A DNA stretch of 64,000 nt from Monocercomonoides exilis PA203 (lineage: Eukaryota > Protista > Preaxostyla). Shown here piece after piece: positions 1 through 13,300 of the stretch. The stretch lies in assembly GCA_001643675.2 (NCBI GenBank), contig LSRY02000032.1:310001-374000 (forward strand). The letters run 5' to 3'. The position numbers and the translations under genes are program-made. Position 1 is the stretch's first letter; each line of letters begins with the position of its first letter. Under the pieces are notes generated by a model. The model did not search any database and was not told the origin of the DNA. It worked only from the letters and a program-made list of their open reading frames with translations.

Positions 1-332
1 TCAGCTATTCCAGTAAATAATTTTTATTTTATTGATTTTAGTGAAAAGATCAGGAGTTTCTTATTTTATTTTTCGATCAAAGATTTGCTCATATTTCAAT
101 GAGCTTTTTGTTTTGAGATTTTTAAGTGTTGTTATTGTTATTGAACATAACTTCTTTATAATTTTGGTTATTTTTCATTGTTTAACACTTCATTTTTTTA
201 TTTCTTTTTCCATTTCACTAAATTTCGACAAATCGAAGAATACATTTGAATAAATGAGTTTTTTCGTTAATTTAAAAGAAAAAATATAGACCTGTGCGAC
301 ACGACAAGCGATTTTTTGTTGCTGTCGGTCAC

Positions 333-333
<1 letters not shown>

Positions 334-380
<47 letters not shown>
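334..380 (+). repeat. poly(A) tract, 47 nt
   Basis: Uninterrupted A run just upstream of the first recognisable kinesin codons. Confidence 0.95.
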
Positions 381-382
<2 letters not shown>

Positions 383-443
383 ACATGGGTAGCATTGAAA
401 ACAAATATCATTTCTGCATATCATTTTCGTTCAATATTAATAA

Positions 444-3083
444 TATGCATTTGCTAATGACGTTATATTTCCAACGGAGTTTGCTTCATCTGCTTTTGAT
501 ATTTTCAGTACTTTTTTCTTTTTTTCTCAGCACCGAGTAAAAACTTATTTACGAAAAATCTTACAAGGCAATTGTAGATGGAGTGATGAATGGATTTAAT
601 GGGTGTATATTTGCATACGGACAAACAGGAACAGGAAAAACATTTACAATGGCTGGAACCCCTGAACTGCCAGGCATCACACAACGTTCATTTGATCATA
701 TCTTTGCAGCAATAAATCAAGCAGACGATACAAAAAAATTTCTTGTTACAGTTTCGTACCTTGAAATTTACAATGAGCAAGTAAAGGATTTATTGTCGAA
801 AGCACCAGGATCAGATAACATAAAAATTCACGAATCGCCAGAACTTTAGATTCATGTTCCAGATTTGACAGCACTTTTATGCGAAAATTCCGCATCGATG
901 CAGCAAGTGATGGATCGTGGAGCAAAAAGACGAACAGTAGCAGCGACAAAGATGAACCAAGAGTCTTCTCGTTCGCATGGTATTTTCATTATTTCGATAG
1001 AATGTGCAGATGTGGCCATTTTGGATGCTGATGGGAAGCCTCTTGTGAAAGTGGGCAGGCTGAATCTTGTTGATCTGGCTGGTTCTGAGCGTCAGTCAAA
1101 AACAGATGCTTCAGGCAAGCAGCTTGTGGAAGCTGGTAACATCAACAAGTCGCTGTCAACACTGGGAGAGGTCATCAACAAGCTGACCAGAAAGAACCCA
1201 GAATTCATTCCCCATCGAAACAGCAAACTGACGCGACTTTTGCAGGACTCGCTTGGCGGGAACAGCCGAACAGTGATGATTGCAAACATCGGCCCAGCTG
1301 AATACAACTACGAAGAGACATCCTCAACGTTGAGGTATGCAAACAGGGCAAAGCAGATTAAGAACAATCCAGTGGTGAACTGTGCTCAGGATGCGATGGT
1401 GCTGAAGATGCAGGAGGAAATAGCGAAACTGAAGAAGATGCTGGAAGAGCGCAACACAGAGAAAATTGTGGTGGCTGACGAAGAAATCATCAAGAAGCTG
1501 CAGATTGAAATGGAAGAGAAAGCGAAGGAAAAAGAAAGTGCATTGGAGAGTGAGAAGGAGCGACTGGAAGAAGAACGGAAGAAGATTGAGCAAGAATTGA
1601 GAAGGAGAGAAGAAGAGGCAGCGAAGGAAAGAGCAGAGAGAGAGATAGCAGCGCGGAAGCTGAAGCACATGGAGGAGAAAGTGATCAAAGGAGGGACACA
1701 TCTGCAGGACATGCAAGCGAAGCACAAGAGGCAGATGGAAGAGATGAAGCGGAAGATGGAGGAGCAGAAGAAAGAGGAAGAGCGGAAGAGGGTGGAAATG
1801 GAGAAGGCGAAGGAAAGAGAGCTGGAGGAGGAGCGGAAGCGGCTGCTGGCAGACAAGGAGACGCTGGAGATTGACTTGCGGCGGACGCACCAGTCGTTGG
1901 AGGAGGAAGTGGCACACAAAAACAAACAGTTGGAGAAGATTCTGCAGTCGCACAAAGAGGCGAGGCGGCAGGTGCAGGTGATGGACGAGGAGATGAACCA
2001 GCTGAAGCAGCAGGCGGAAGACGAGATCAAACGCCTAGAAGACGAAAACGAGGAGCTGCAGACAGAGTTTGAGATGGAGCGCAACATGATGATCGACTCG
2101 ATTGCAGAGCCGCAGACGCAGATGAAGCGGCGCAGACGATCATCCAGCTGTTCATCCCGCCGCACGAAGTGGATAAGATCCGGGAGCGTGCGATGTGGAG
2201 CGAGGAGGACGAGGTGTGGGACATCCAAGGCGCAGAGCACTCAGGAAACGCGCTGCGTGCCATCCGAATGCCGTCGACGAGATGTTGATGCAGGTGCGTG
2301 CAGCATACTCATCAGACTCAGCCTCTTCTTCCTCCAATCCACCGGGTGGCTCCAACTCCTCCGTCGTCTTCATCCGCCTCGCCATTCCAGTCAGCATCTG
2401 CAGGCGATGGGGCACAAAGGAAAGCGCGCTCTTCGATGGGAGGCACCCGACGGCCGACGTCTTCTGGTGGAGCATCTGGCACAGGTGCACCTTCAATGGC
2501 ATCCACACAGCGCCATGCTGCTCCAATTGCACCGGCAGCTGTTGCTTCGAACGTGAAGAGGAGGAGAGAAGACGAGCGGTCGCTGATCCGTCCGTCGATG
2601 GAGATGCACCGAAAGACAACACAGGAGATGGGCTTCAGTGAGATAGAGACGAAGGAGCATATTTCGCGGCTGGAGGAGGAGACGCTGAATGTGCCAGAGG
2701 ACGATGAGCTGCTGTAGCCAGCTGAGTCGCTTCCTCGTGTCTTCTCAGGAGGAGGAGGTGTTGGCGGAGGAGGAGGAAGCGATGGAAGAGGAGGGATGAT
2801 GGGAGAGGACGAAGGGGATGAATATGAAGGAGAAGGAGACGGATATGGAGGGTATCCACAGGCAATGATGGATGGAAGGAGAGACTATCGAGGAGGAGGA
2901 GGAGGAGGAGGAGGAAGGCAGATGGAGGCGAGAATGGGGAGCAGAGAAGGTGCACAGGCACAGTCTGGGAATTCTGGTAGAATGCGACCGGAATCAGCAA
3001 CGAGAACGAAAGCAGATGTTGGAGGAGGAGTTAGTGAGATGGGAAGTGGGAGTGCTTGGAAAAGAAATTCCTTTAATTGTTGA
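444..3083 (+). pseudogene. Kinesin-2 (KIF3-like) motor gene, 5'-truncated with multiple lesions
   Basis: Motor motifs FAYGQTGTGKT, YLEIYNE, NQESSRSH, LVDLAGSER, HRNSKLTRLLQDSLGGNS; coiled coil; KIF3-like tail IIQLFIPPHEVDKIRERAMW in a shifted frame. Intron 479-530. In-frame TAA 538-540, TAG 847-849, frameshift ~2129, TGA 2286-2288, TAG 2715-2717. No N-terminal VxVxVRxRP exon seen. Assembly error cannot be excluded. Confidence 0.8.
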
Positions 3084-3530
3084 ATATGTTAAATGATTTC
3101 CATTTAATAATATGATGAAATATATCGTTGGATGAAATATAAAAGACTGTCTTCACCAAAAATAAAACCTAAAAAATAATTTGAAATGATACCAACACAA
3201 ATTCGAGTGTATATTAAAGGTCAAATATATCACCTAAAAATTGAATAAGTCATTAAATATCACTCTTCTTCATGCAAAGCATATAAAAAACAACTCTTTG
3301 AAAATGATTCTTAATCGATTAAAAAAAGACTCAATAAGTCATCTACAAAATATAATAAATATTGACAAATACAAATTTGCGATATAGATTTTTAAAATTA
3401 AACCAAAAACAAAACAAAACAATTTTGAAAAAAAATATGAAGAAAATACAATTATTATACATATTATGATCTTAACCATAGTTTTGTCATTTTCAATATA
3501 GTATAAAAGCAGAGTTAAAAAGAAAAAACT

Positions 3531-3684
3531 AACATACCTGGAGTTGAATGCAGGGCGATCAATAAGGCCCTGGTCCATGTATAAGCGCGTCATTGCACTC
3601 GGGCTGCGTTTATGCGTGTGATCTACCCCAGTGGTGGATTTCTGACTCATAGTTTTTTGATCTGTGAGGCATTCGTGCCTCGCC
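3531..3684 (+). ncRNA. U1: U1 spliceosomal snRNA with variant 5' arm ACAUACCUG
   Basis: 5' ACATACCTG 3532-3540; helix H GAGT 3541-3544 / ACTC 3645-3648; stem I CAGGGC/GCCCTG enclosing U1-70K-type loop GATCAATAAG 3557-3566; stem II with U1A site ATTGCAC 3592-3598; stem III ATCTACC/GGTGGAT; Sm-like site ATAGTTTTTTG 3649-3659; terminal stem GTGAGGCA-TTCG-TGCCTCGC 3664-3683. Order and spacing match U1. Confidence 0.93.
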
Positions 3685-4307
3685 TAATAATAGTTCTATC
3701 TGACTTTGATTGTGTTTTGAATGAATTTTGAAATGTTTAAATTTAAAATGTAAGTAGTAAATATTTGGAGTATATTAAAGATGAAATATATTTATTGTTG
3801 GTTGAATAAGCAAGTAAAAGTTATAAGTATGAAATTTAAGGATTGATTTGTTTATGGAAGGTTGTTTGACTGCTTGTTGATTGGGGTCACTGGAAAAGTA
3901 TAATAAGAAAACGATTAAGTTGTTGAGAAGAATCAACGTATTAACTTTTCATTCATTTGTTAAAAGTTTAAAGGGAACTTTTTCTTCAATTGCAATTAAA
4001 AGTTTAAAAATAGATTTATCATCATATTTTGTTATATTTTTTTTCGATAATGAAAACATAATTGTGTTATTGAGGTTAACATATTATTATTTAATTTTAT
4101 TTTTTATTTTTTATTTCTTATTTTTTCGCTTATATTGTGTGTTATATTGATTGATTACAAATGATTCAACATGTTTTGATTGATAATGACAAATTAACTT
4201 GCAATGTGATGATTTCTCGAAAATGAAACCTTGAACGTTGTCAATTATTCATTTTATGAAAATAGTAATGGGCAAATAACAAAATCTTATTTCATTTGTG
4301 AAGTACG

Positions 4308-7300
4308 ATGCCTTATACATCGTATTTGCCCCAAGGGAAAACCAGTTTTTTATTGAGAAGAGTTGCACAAACAATATTTGGTGGACCTCGTTTCTGCTGG
4401 AGGAGTTCAGTTCCTTTATCTGTTCATTTATTTACTTGGTTAACATTCCTTCTTCCACCATCTCTTTGTTTATTGCTTGTTTTGCTATCTCAATATGAAT
4501 GGATTTCTTTCTTTACGTGCGCACTCGCATCTGGAGGTTTAACAATTTTGAATAGTTTTTGGTTTTTGCTTTTATTCTTGTTTTTTTAGGAATATGTGCA
4601 TTATTTTTCTTTTTTGTTCGGCTTTATTACATCTTATGCTGTTGCATAACGAATAAGAAAAATGACAATCAAAGTTCTCCATTTAACGAAGATGGAGATG
4701 TATTTTTTGGCATTTTCACAAAACAAGCTGCTAAAACATTAGTGGAACCTCTTTCACCATTTTTTATGGAGTCAAAGTTAAAAATATTTATTGGAATACT
4801 GATTTATGTTATTGTACTGTTTTCCATGGGGCTGATGATGGCTTGTTTCCATTTTTCTGCAATTCTTCATCAAAACGATGCCTCAAAACTGAGTGTAGGA
4901 ACAGTTTTTCTCCACTTGTTTATGTGGGTAACATTTTATATTAGTTTATATCCTCTTATTTGCAAACCACCACCCGAGCCAAATCAGACAAGAGCGACAG
5001 AATCAATGAACTCTTTTTTACGTCCAACTTATTTCATAATTTTTGGAATTTTTGCTCTTGTTGATATGTGTAGAACTGATATTTTCCATACGCCGTTACC
5101 ATCTGCTTGTGAACTTGTTGAAAACGAACATTCCATGGATTGGCTTAGAAGCTTGGGATTATCTTTTCATATGTTGAAAACCAGACTTTCATTCATTCCT
5201 TGCATTCTATGTGCTTGCCTGCCTCTTCTCTTTTCCATCGGTTTCCTTCCCCAGCTTGACATTCTTCTTTTGTGGATTCTCCAGGAGTTTTGCATGTTCT
5301 TTTGTGGAGCGTCATCTTCCTTCAAAGGTTGGCGAACCGTTACTCATGCACTCACTGCTGTATTGTCTGCTGCTCTTGGAAGTGTTCTTCTCTGGCTGGG
5401 TTCTGGTGAATATGGCAATCAACTGATGCGTCCAGCTATTGATGCGAGCCAAGAGACTCGAGTTAGGCTGCAATGGGGGTGCGTCTTTGTGATGTGTGTC
5501 ACTTCCATTTTGCTGAGTCAAGATTACATTTCAGGCATAAGCAGATTCATGTCTTGGATAAAAGGACTGTTTGGAAAGAAATATGCGCGAAATTGTGAAG
5601 CTGCCAAGCAAAATCATGCTAATTGTGAAAAGTCAACAGTTAAAAATTCATGTGATTATGAAAGGCAAAAGCAAAAGAAAGCAGCAGAAGAAGAATTGAA
5701 CAATTCATTTTCATACGATTGCAATGAAAAAGATATGAATTCAACCATCTTTACTGAAAGGGAGATGCTTAATGAACGTAACATTGAGCCAAAGTTTCCT
5801 ATTGTCGAAGGCTTTCACGGCAGCAACTCATCTTCAATGACTTTTCCACATTCGAATAATACTGATTCAAACAGAAAGAACAAATTTACCAGACAAAAAC
5901 CTGCCAAGTCATCAACCTCGCACTTCCTGGCAGTCTTTACAGCCATCTTAGAGCTGTCCTTTCTTCTTCTGCTTCTTGTTGCTTTTCTCCTGTTAATCCT
6001 CATCAAAACCACTGGCAATGCTGCGCTATACAAAAACTCAACAAATGACTCGAGCAATGAAGCTGAATCTTCAAAGGCGCTTTTCCCATTGAGCCATCAT
6101 CCTTTCACAAAAAGGGGATTTTTCGTAGCTCGTCTCATTGTTGACTGCCTTGTATTTGTGTGTGTTGTCTGCATTCTCATTTTCGAAGAGAGCAAAAAAC
6201 CGCTCTGGTTTGGCCTGTTGAAGTTTGCTCATCTGAAGCCGATGGATGCTGACACACAGCTTTCAAAGGGATCAAAGACTTCTGAGAAGAATTCTGGTGA
6301 TAATCAGAATGAAACAGAAACGATATCACATTCACCATCACCTGCTTCATCATCATCTCCATCTCCATCTTCTTCTTCTTCTTCTTCTTCTTCTTCTTCT
6401 TCTTCTTCTTCTTCTTCTTCTTCTTCTTCTTCTTCTTCTTCTTCTTCTTCTTCTTCTTCTTCTTCTTCTTCTTCTTCTTCTTCTTCTTCTTCTTCTTCTT
6501 CTTCTTCTTCTTCTTCTTCTTCTTCTTCTTCTTCTTCTTCTTCTTCTTCTTCTTCTTCTTCTTCTTCATCCCCATCCTCTTCTTCTTCAAGTCAAACACA
6601 TTCTTCATTGAATACCATGAAACTAATGACTTCCTTCCGTCTCTTCCTCTCATTTGCGTTCATCCCTGTCTCAATCCTCGTCTTCTCCTCTTTCGAACTC
6701 TCTTTTTTTTCCACAATTCCAAATCTCTCAACTGACCCTCTAACAAACGAAGACATTCCAAATCCTTCTTTCTTCGTCTGCCTTTGCGGCTGCCTCCTGT
6801 TCATGCACGCGATCCGGCTGCCGATGCAGTTCCCTTTCTCTTACACTCCTTTGCTTTCCTATCTTCTTGCCTCTCTTCTCTGGCACATTGCACATAACCC
6901 CCTCTTCTACAGCGATGGCATCATATCCTCTGACACGTTTGACCCAGCTCTGCCACCTCAGTTCTCTTCGTTCTTGTTTCTCTTCTTCCTCTCTCATCTT
7001 TGCCTGTCCCGTCTGTTTCTGCTCGGCAAAATCGTTTTTATGCTCCCAACAAAGCTGATATCTCCCCTCGCAGTCATCAACTTAGCCCCACCTTTTTTTG
7101 ATGAATGGCCGCTGACGTGGCACAGAAGGCTGCTGCTGATTGTTCTGATGGTGTTTGTCTTTGTGCCAATCACTCTTCTCTCTGTGGGCATTGCAGTGGC
7201 GTGTGACGGGGCAGTGGTGAGTCCATTGGGATTTCCGTTTCTGATGCTCCCCGCACCGCTCGCACCGAAGATGTGGCTGGTTGCGGGGGGAGGATGTGGG

Positions 7301-10300
7301 CGTGGGTCAGGGAGAGAGAGGAAGAAGGAGAAGAAAGAGAAGGAAATGAAAGAAGATAGAAACATGAATGAATCGAAGAGAAATAAGAAGAAATCTTCTA
7401 AAAAGAAAGAAGAATTCCTCAAAAAAGACAGAAAACACAGCAAAACGAAGGATCAATCAATTCACTCTGTTATATCCCGCCACTCAGAAACATCGAGTCT
7501 TTTGAGCGAATCCACAAGACGGACGGCAGATGAGCTGACAGAGCCATTAATTGCGAATGAAGGCACTGGAAACACACAAACAGCATCTTCTTCTTCTTCT
7601 CCCTCTTCAGCTGAACAAGACTCCCTCCTTCCATTTTTGTTGAAATCGCCTTCAGTTCTAACACAAGGCGAAAACGTGCTGCAGATTTTAGATCGGTTGA
7701 AGGACGATCTGTCTTCTGTTGAGCCGACTTTGTCGCTTCTCGACAAATTCATTGAGAAAAGCGGAGATTTCATAAACACTGAAGCATTCATGCCACCTCC
7801 CTATTGTCCTTCTTCTTCTGATAAATCTTCTTCTTCTTCTTCTTTCTCTTCTTCTTTCTCTTCTTCTTTTTCTTCCTCCTCTTTTTCTTCCTCTGAAATT
7901 CCTTTATCTGTTGCTGCTCGGAGCAAGCCGTATAGCCATTCAGCGTATGCTGCCTCAGCTAAGGAAATTCTGGACTTTCTTATGAACTCATTCACTTCAT
8001 CATTCAACCAGACAACTCAAAATTCGACATTAAATTCATCATCATCATCATCTTCTTCTTCTTCATCTTTTGAATCATCTTCTTTTTCTTCCTCTTCCTC
8101 TTCTTCTTCCCTCAATCCCCCTTACATCCCCTTCCTCACCCCCTTCTCACTCTTCATGCTCCGCTCCTCATCCAACCAGGTCTTCCTCTTCTGTGTGGGC
8201 GAAGTGGGAAGAAATTACTGCGAAGCCAAAATGAAGGCGATCAACGCAGACAGCAGCGACGGGAAATTCCATCCGCTTGCTGTTGAAATGAGCTTTGCCG
8301 AAGATGTGTTTAATTCGTGCGACGAAGCGGAGGTGAGGGAGAAGGAGAGGATTGAGCTGGAGGAGGAAGAAAGGAGCGGGCGGGAGAGGCAGCTGGCGGT
8401 GCTGGAGGAAGAGGTGAGGAGGGAGAAGGCGCTGGTGAAGGAGGCGAAAAAGGAGATCGCACGGATGCAGGCTATGCAGGAGCAGTACAGAGAGCAGGAG
8501 AAGATGCTGGAGGAGTATATGCATTCACCTTCTTCTTCCGAATCTTCTTCTTCTGATTCATCATCATCATCATCATCTACTTCTTCTTCTTCTTCTTCTT
8601 CTTCTGACTCCTCCTCCTCATCTTCATCTTCCTCTTCCTCTTCCTCTCCTTTTTATTCATATCCATGCTATCAGTCAACCTCTTCATCCTCTTCTTCTGA
8701 AATGCCTCCGTATTTTGATACAGATTCTATATCATCATCGTCATCCTCCTCTTCTTCTTCTTCAGATGATCCAAACCAATTGCCTTCTTCGTTTGTTTCT
8801 TTGCCCTCTTCTCAGATAAAACTGTCAGAGACGCCAAAACCAGATATTCACAATGAAGATAAAGCAGAATCATTCAAAGAAAACTCTTCAGCTTCAGCTT
8901 CAGCTTCATCATCATCATCTTCTTCTTCTTCTTATTCTTATTCTTCAATGCCATCTTCTTCACAAAGCCAACAAAATGAAGATATTCACATGCAAATTCA
9001 GTCTTCATTAAGCTCTTCTGGCTCTGATACACTTATGAGCAACAATGAAAGAAATCGCAAAGAAATTGAAGGCGAAAGAAATAGCAAGACTTTTGAAGCG
9101 AAGGAAATTGATAAACAAAATGCGAATGATGAAATGATGAAAGCAGAAGGCAAATTGAATGAAGATAGCTCTCTTCATCATTCAGAAGCCTGCTCTGATT
9201 TCAATGCGACAAATTCTATTGCAAATAGCAATGGAAACAATGAACAGAAAATCTCTATGGAAAGTTCTGAGTATAACAACACATTCAAAGAAGAAGACAA
9301 AAAAGAAGAGGAAGAAAAAGAAGAAAAAAAAGACAACGATGATAACGATGATAGCGACTTCAATGAAAATGAATATGACGAGTCTCTTTTGTCTCGATTA
9401 AGAGAGCTTGAGGTGATGGTCGAGGTCCAAAAGCGGCGTGTTCAGAACACTCCCTTCTCTTTCTATACGCTTCTGACCAATCCTTACCCAAACATCGCTC
9501 TTTCTCCACTCACTTGCCTGTCTGCTGACTGTCTAATCCCTCAGTCATTCGACTTCGAAGAAGCATTCTTCAAAAGCACAGCGGCGTTGGAGGTCAGGGC
9601 GTGCTTTGCGTTTGCGCTGATATACGAGCTGCTGTTGTGTTCGCCGTTTGCCATGGCGGAAGAAGAGGAAGAGGAAGAAGGAGAGGAAGAAGAAGATGAA
9701 AAGGAAGAAGAGGAAGAGGAAGAGGAAGAAGGAGAGGAAGAAGAAAAAAATAAAGAAAACAATTTTTATTGTAAGGATAACAAAGATAATAATGAAAAAA
9801 GCAATGATAAATTAAAATCAGGAGAATCATTCGCATCGTCTGATGGATCAGATGGAGAAGATACAAATATGCACTTTACAAGCAATCCTGTCAGACGAAC
9901 AAATGAAGAATACCACCAGGAGAATGAATTGAATAATAACAGTACAGATTCAAATGAAGAAAAAATTAATAACAATAAATCTGCTTCTTTTTCATCTTCG
10001 TCTTCAATTTCAGCTTCTTCACAAGAATCAAATGCAAAAGAGCATAATAGCCAATTTTCTCATTCAGAACAATTTTCTTCTCCTCAAAGAAAATACACTG
10101 AAAATCCTACATCTCGTCACTCGTCTCATCTGCCTTTATCTTCTCTTATTTTACTTGACAGAAAGACAATTGAGCTTGTTGAACAGTCTTCACCTTCCCC
10201 TCCGCCTTCCCATTCGTCTAAGCCCCCTCTTTTGTTCTCTGCCACGTCAAGCACACAATTCGCTTCATTCACCAAAATGCATGCGGCTTTTGCGCTGCTC

Positions 10301-13300
10301 TGTGCTGAATGCTTTGCCACATCTAGTCAGATGAAGAGGCAAAGAAAAGCGATGAAGGCAAGAATAGATGAGGGTAGAAAAGGCAATAATGAAGGAGGAA
10401 AGGAGGAAAATGGTGAACACATAAAAGAAAATGATAACAAGAAAAAAGTGCTATCGTTGTACAACCCAAATTGGAAAGGAACAGAAAGCATGAAAATTGA
10501 AGCAAAAACACAGGAATCTTCATCAGCATCATCCTCTTCATGTGACAGCAGCGCAAATAACCAATTTAATCATTCAAACACAAAGCAAATGATACAGTCA
10601 AGGAAGAGGAAGATGATGCAATATTTGAGAAGATTGGATGCGCATCGATATTTTGCAAGTGATGAGTTTAATGGAATGGAAGAAAAAACTTCTGAGAAGC
10701 AATATCAAACTGTAATAACAACTTATGATTCCTTTGAAGAGGAAAAAGAACATACACAAGAACAGTCGTCATCATCATCTTCTTCACAGCAAATTGACAA
10801 CAGACATCAAAGTTCATCTTCTTCCTCTTCAAATAGCATTCATTCAGATTGCAATGAGCCTGAAGATCTGATCAGCCCAGTTCAGATGCAGCTGCTGCAC
10901 GAGATGGTTATCACTGGATTGTGTCTGGTTGACTCTGTTCTGTCACCTGATTTGAATCTGAAGGAAGTCATTTTGGAGAACTTGCTGCATCAGATGAAGA
11001 AGAGAAATGAAGAACAAAAGAAAGAAGACGAAATGATGAGCCAGCAGCTGTTGGCTAATTCTTCTTCATATTCATCATCTGCTTCTTCTTCTTCTTCCTC
11101 CTCTCCCTTTTCATCATTTCCTTCTTCCTCTCCCTTTTCATCACTTCTTTCTTCCTCTTCTCTTCTTTCCCAGTCATTAACTGTCCCTCCTCTTTACGGT
11201 ACAAGTGGAGCTGAAAGCCTTTCGTTTTCTGCTGTCTGCCTTCGCTGTTACGACCATCCGCTCTCTCAACATGGCAGAGTGTGCCAATGCCATTTGAGAC
11301 AGAAGAAAAGGAGTGGAAAGAACAGAATTGCTCAAAAAGATGAGGAAAAAGAACATGTTGGGAATGGACAAGCAATGCAAATAGAGATGGGTATTGAAAA
11401 AACAGATAAAAGAAAAGAAGACAAAGCGAATGAATCGATTCTGTGTGAAGAAGGACGATCAAATTCAAGCAACCAGTCAACATCATCAGCATTATCTCCT
11501 TTGTTCCACCGATCTGCAAACGTAGCTGACACATTGATATTCCACAAGAAACGAAGAACATCCGCCAGCACACCTTCTTATGTATCCCTTTCAATCAACT
11601 CGAGTGGCAGTTCTTCATCTCCTACACCTTCGCCTCCTTTCCCCCCAAGAAGCTCAGCCTCTGCCAGCAATCACTCCAAAAACTACCCCAGCCATGTCTC
11701 TCCTTCCTCACTCATGAAGATGTCTGCCGGTTTTTCCTCACACCCAACTCAAAGCGCATCTGATTCTGCTGATCAAAACGCTTCTCTTTCTCTTTCTCTT
11801 TCACTTTCCAATTCGCCTTCTCCTTCTCCTGTTCTGTCTCGCTGCACATCTGCCTCTTCTTCTCCTTCACCCGACTTGTTTAGCTCTCCCCCACCTTCTG
11901 AAGAACAAACCCGCCGCAGAATCAAAAGGCGTTCCATGTTTTGCACACAGTACACATACCAGGCACAGCATCTTCCGCCTTTCATTCGTCTTCCTGTTCC
12001 TTCTGCGAAGCATATTGCGTGTGTGTTTTGTGGAAGGCTGCCGGCAACCCCGCTGACTGTGGCATATTCAGCGGCTGTGGCAACACAAAGCAGGGCAACT
12101 CAGTTATTTGATGAGGAGGATGAGATATCGAGTGGAAATAATTGTGATTGTGAAGAAGGAGAAGAAGCAAGTTCTTGTAGGTTGAACTCGTACAAGCATG
12201 ACAGCATTGAATTGTCTTCTTCTTCATCTTCCTCTTTTTCTTCTTCCTCTTCCTTATCAAATCACTCGATGTGTTCAGCATTTCTGTCAATTGTGCTGAG
12301 TGCATATCGGAAGGCGGTGCGGATTGCCTATTCGACATCGAGCAGAAAGGAAATGTTTCAGTCAATGGGAATCTTCAATGAGTTTGTATCAAAAGGAGAA
12401 AATGGAACAAACACAATTATTGAAGAAGAAGAAGATGATGATGATGATGATGGAGAAGAAGAAGATAAGAACGAGATGAAGAGAAAATCACATAAAAATA
12501 CAGAAAATGAGAATAAACAGGAGAATGAAGAAAGAACAAAAGAATTTTCACCCAGAAAAGAGGAACAAGAGAAAGAAAAAGAAGAAACCAAAATCAAAGA
12601 TAAAGAAAAGGAGGAAAATCAAATTCAGAATCAAACAGAGATGGAAGAAGAAAGAAGTGAGGAAGTTGAATTGTCACAACCAGATTCAGAAGGGGAAGAA
12701 GAGAAAAAGATGGAAGAAATAGAAGAACTCGAGATGGAAGCTGAAGATCCAATGAAAATGAGCAGTCTTATTGAAATTGGTGAAGATTTACAAGGAAATA
12801 ATGATATTATGAGATCTACAGAAACCCTCAAAAAACAAAGTGAAGAGAAAGAAAAAGAGAAAGAGAATGAAGAAGATGTTGAACAGAATGGCAATGAACC
12901 AGCAGGAAAACAGGTTCAGCCAGTCATCCCGAGTGATGCGATTCAATTATCGCAATCGGAATCTACGCAAGGTCAAATACCAATTGAAGACAGCAATAAT
13001 CAACAACAAAAATCAGAAGATGAGTCTTTGATTAGAAAAAGCAAGTTAAGTTGTGATAATCAAGAAGAATCTTTATCTAAAAACACAAAGAGCATCTCAC
13101 CATCTTCTTCTTCCACAAGTTCCTCTTCTGATAGCTACCCACATCAGTCTCTTGAACAATCAAGCAATTCATTCAATTCCACAAGTCAATCTTCTTCCAA
13201 TTCTTCTCAAACTGAAGGCGACTCTCAAAAATTCCTTTCTCTTCAATTGAGTTATTCGCATCATCTGCTGAAGATGATGAGGACACTTACTCACATTCTC

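Noticed and set aside
1324-2240. Long antisense ORFs over coiled-coil regions, here and in pecanex, UFL1, TOP1 and the receptor
   Set aside because: Expected shadows of GAG/AAG/TCT-rich coding strands.
538-2717. TAA/TAG = Gln genetic code, suggested by in-frame TAR codons in the kinesin
   Set aside because: Multi-kb ORFs contain no TAR; ATG7, UFL1 and TOP1 end in TAA/TAG; the kinesin also has a TGA and a frameshift.
3339-3650. Minus-strand ORF, or a spliced 38-aa microprotein with an ideal CAG|GTATGT donor
   Set aside because: It is the antisense of U1; the apparent donor is the reverse complement of the U1 recognition arm.
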